A stretch of DNA of 62,707 nucleotides, counting the filler, from Collodictyon triciliatum (Eukaryota), in assembly GCA_043381765.1 (NCBI GenBank). It is 7 parts of 7 records of this genome, joined end to end, with 100 filler letters (N's around TTAATTAATTAA, not from the genome) between each part and the next. Parts side by side here need not be neighbours in the genome. Positions count along the whole stretch, not along the records: positions 57,979 to 62,707 come from JBHJMP010002711.1; 6 more parts are not named here. The stretch is one strand, 5' to 3'. Both the position numbers and the translations under genes were made by a program. Under the pieces are notes generated by a model that saw only the letters and a list, made by a program, of their open reading frames with translations, was not told the DNA's origin and searched no databases. How positions within the stretch are numbered: position 1 is the stretch's first letter; every line of letters starts with the position of its first letter. This document shows, piece by piece, positions 62,693-62,707 of the stretch.

Positions 62693-62707
62693 AATTAATT
62701 TTTTTTT

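Overview
AT-rich, intron-dense eukaryotic (protist-like) DNA. It consists of seven unlinked contigs joined by artificial 100-nt linkers (44 N + TTAATTAATTAA + 44 N): 1-10447, 10548-15701, 15802-26248, 26349-36812, 36913-47339, 47440-57878 and 57979-62707. Genes read by manual exon joining: a kelch/CUB-like ectodomain receptor kinase (3' partial), a PHO80/CycU-type cyclin, a small LRR protein, a bacterial-type dCache-HAMP class III cyclase with a guanylyl-cyclase-like signature, tRNA-Phe(GAA), a myosin-VI-like heavy chain (3' partial), a long coiled-coil protein with an axonemal-dynein-light-chain-like domain, a LIM protein (5' partial), an NLR-like NACHT-pentapeptide-WD40-SEL1 protein of about 2075 aa that is almost intronless, and an AIR9-type Ig + PH-like protein (5' partial). 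Mobile DNA comprises decayed L1/Tx1-type LINE ORF1 and ORF2 pieces and a previously unannotated set of ultra-short (14-95 nt) retro-insertions with A tails and 14-19 bp target-site duplications; one of them duplicates a splice donor in frame. The best leads are the NLR-like gene (hypervariable WD40 array, a cryptic GG|GxxxS cleavage/myristoylation-like motif, near absence of introns), the micro-retro-insertion families and the myosin with an insert-2-like segment. All domain calls come from motif recognition by eye; no searches were run.
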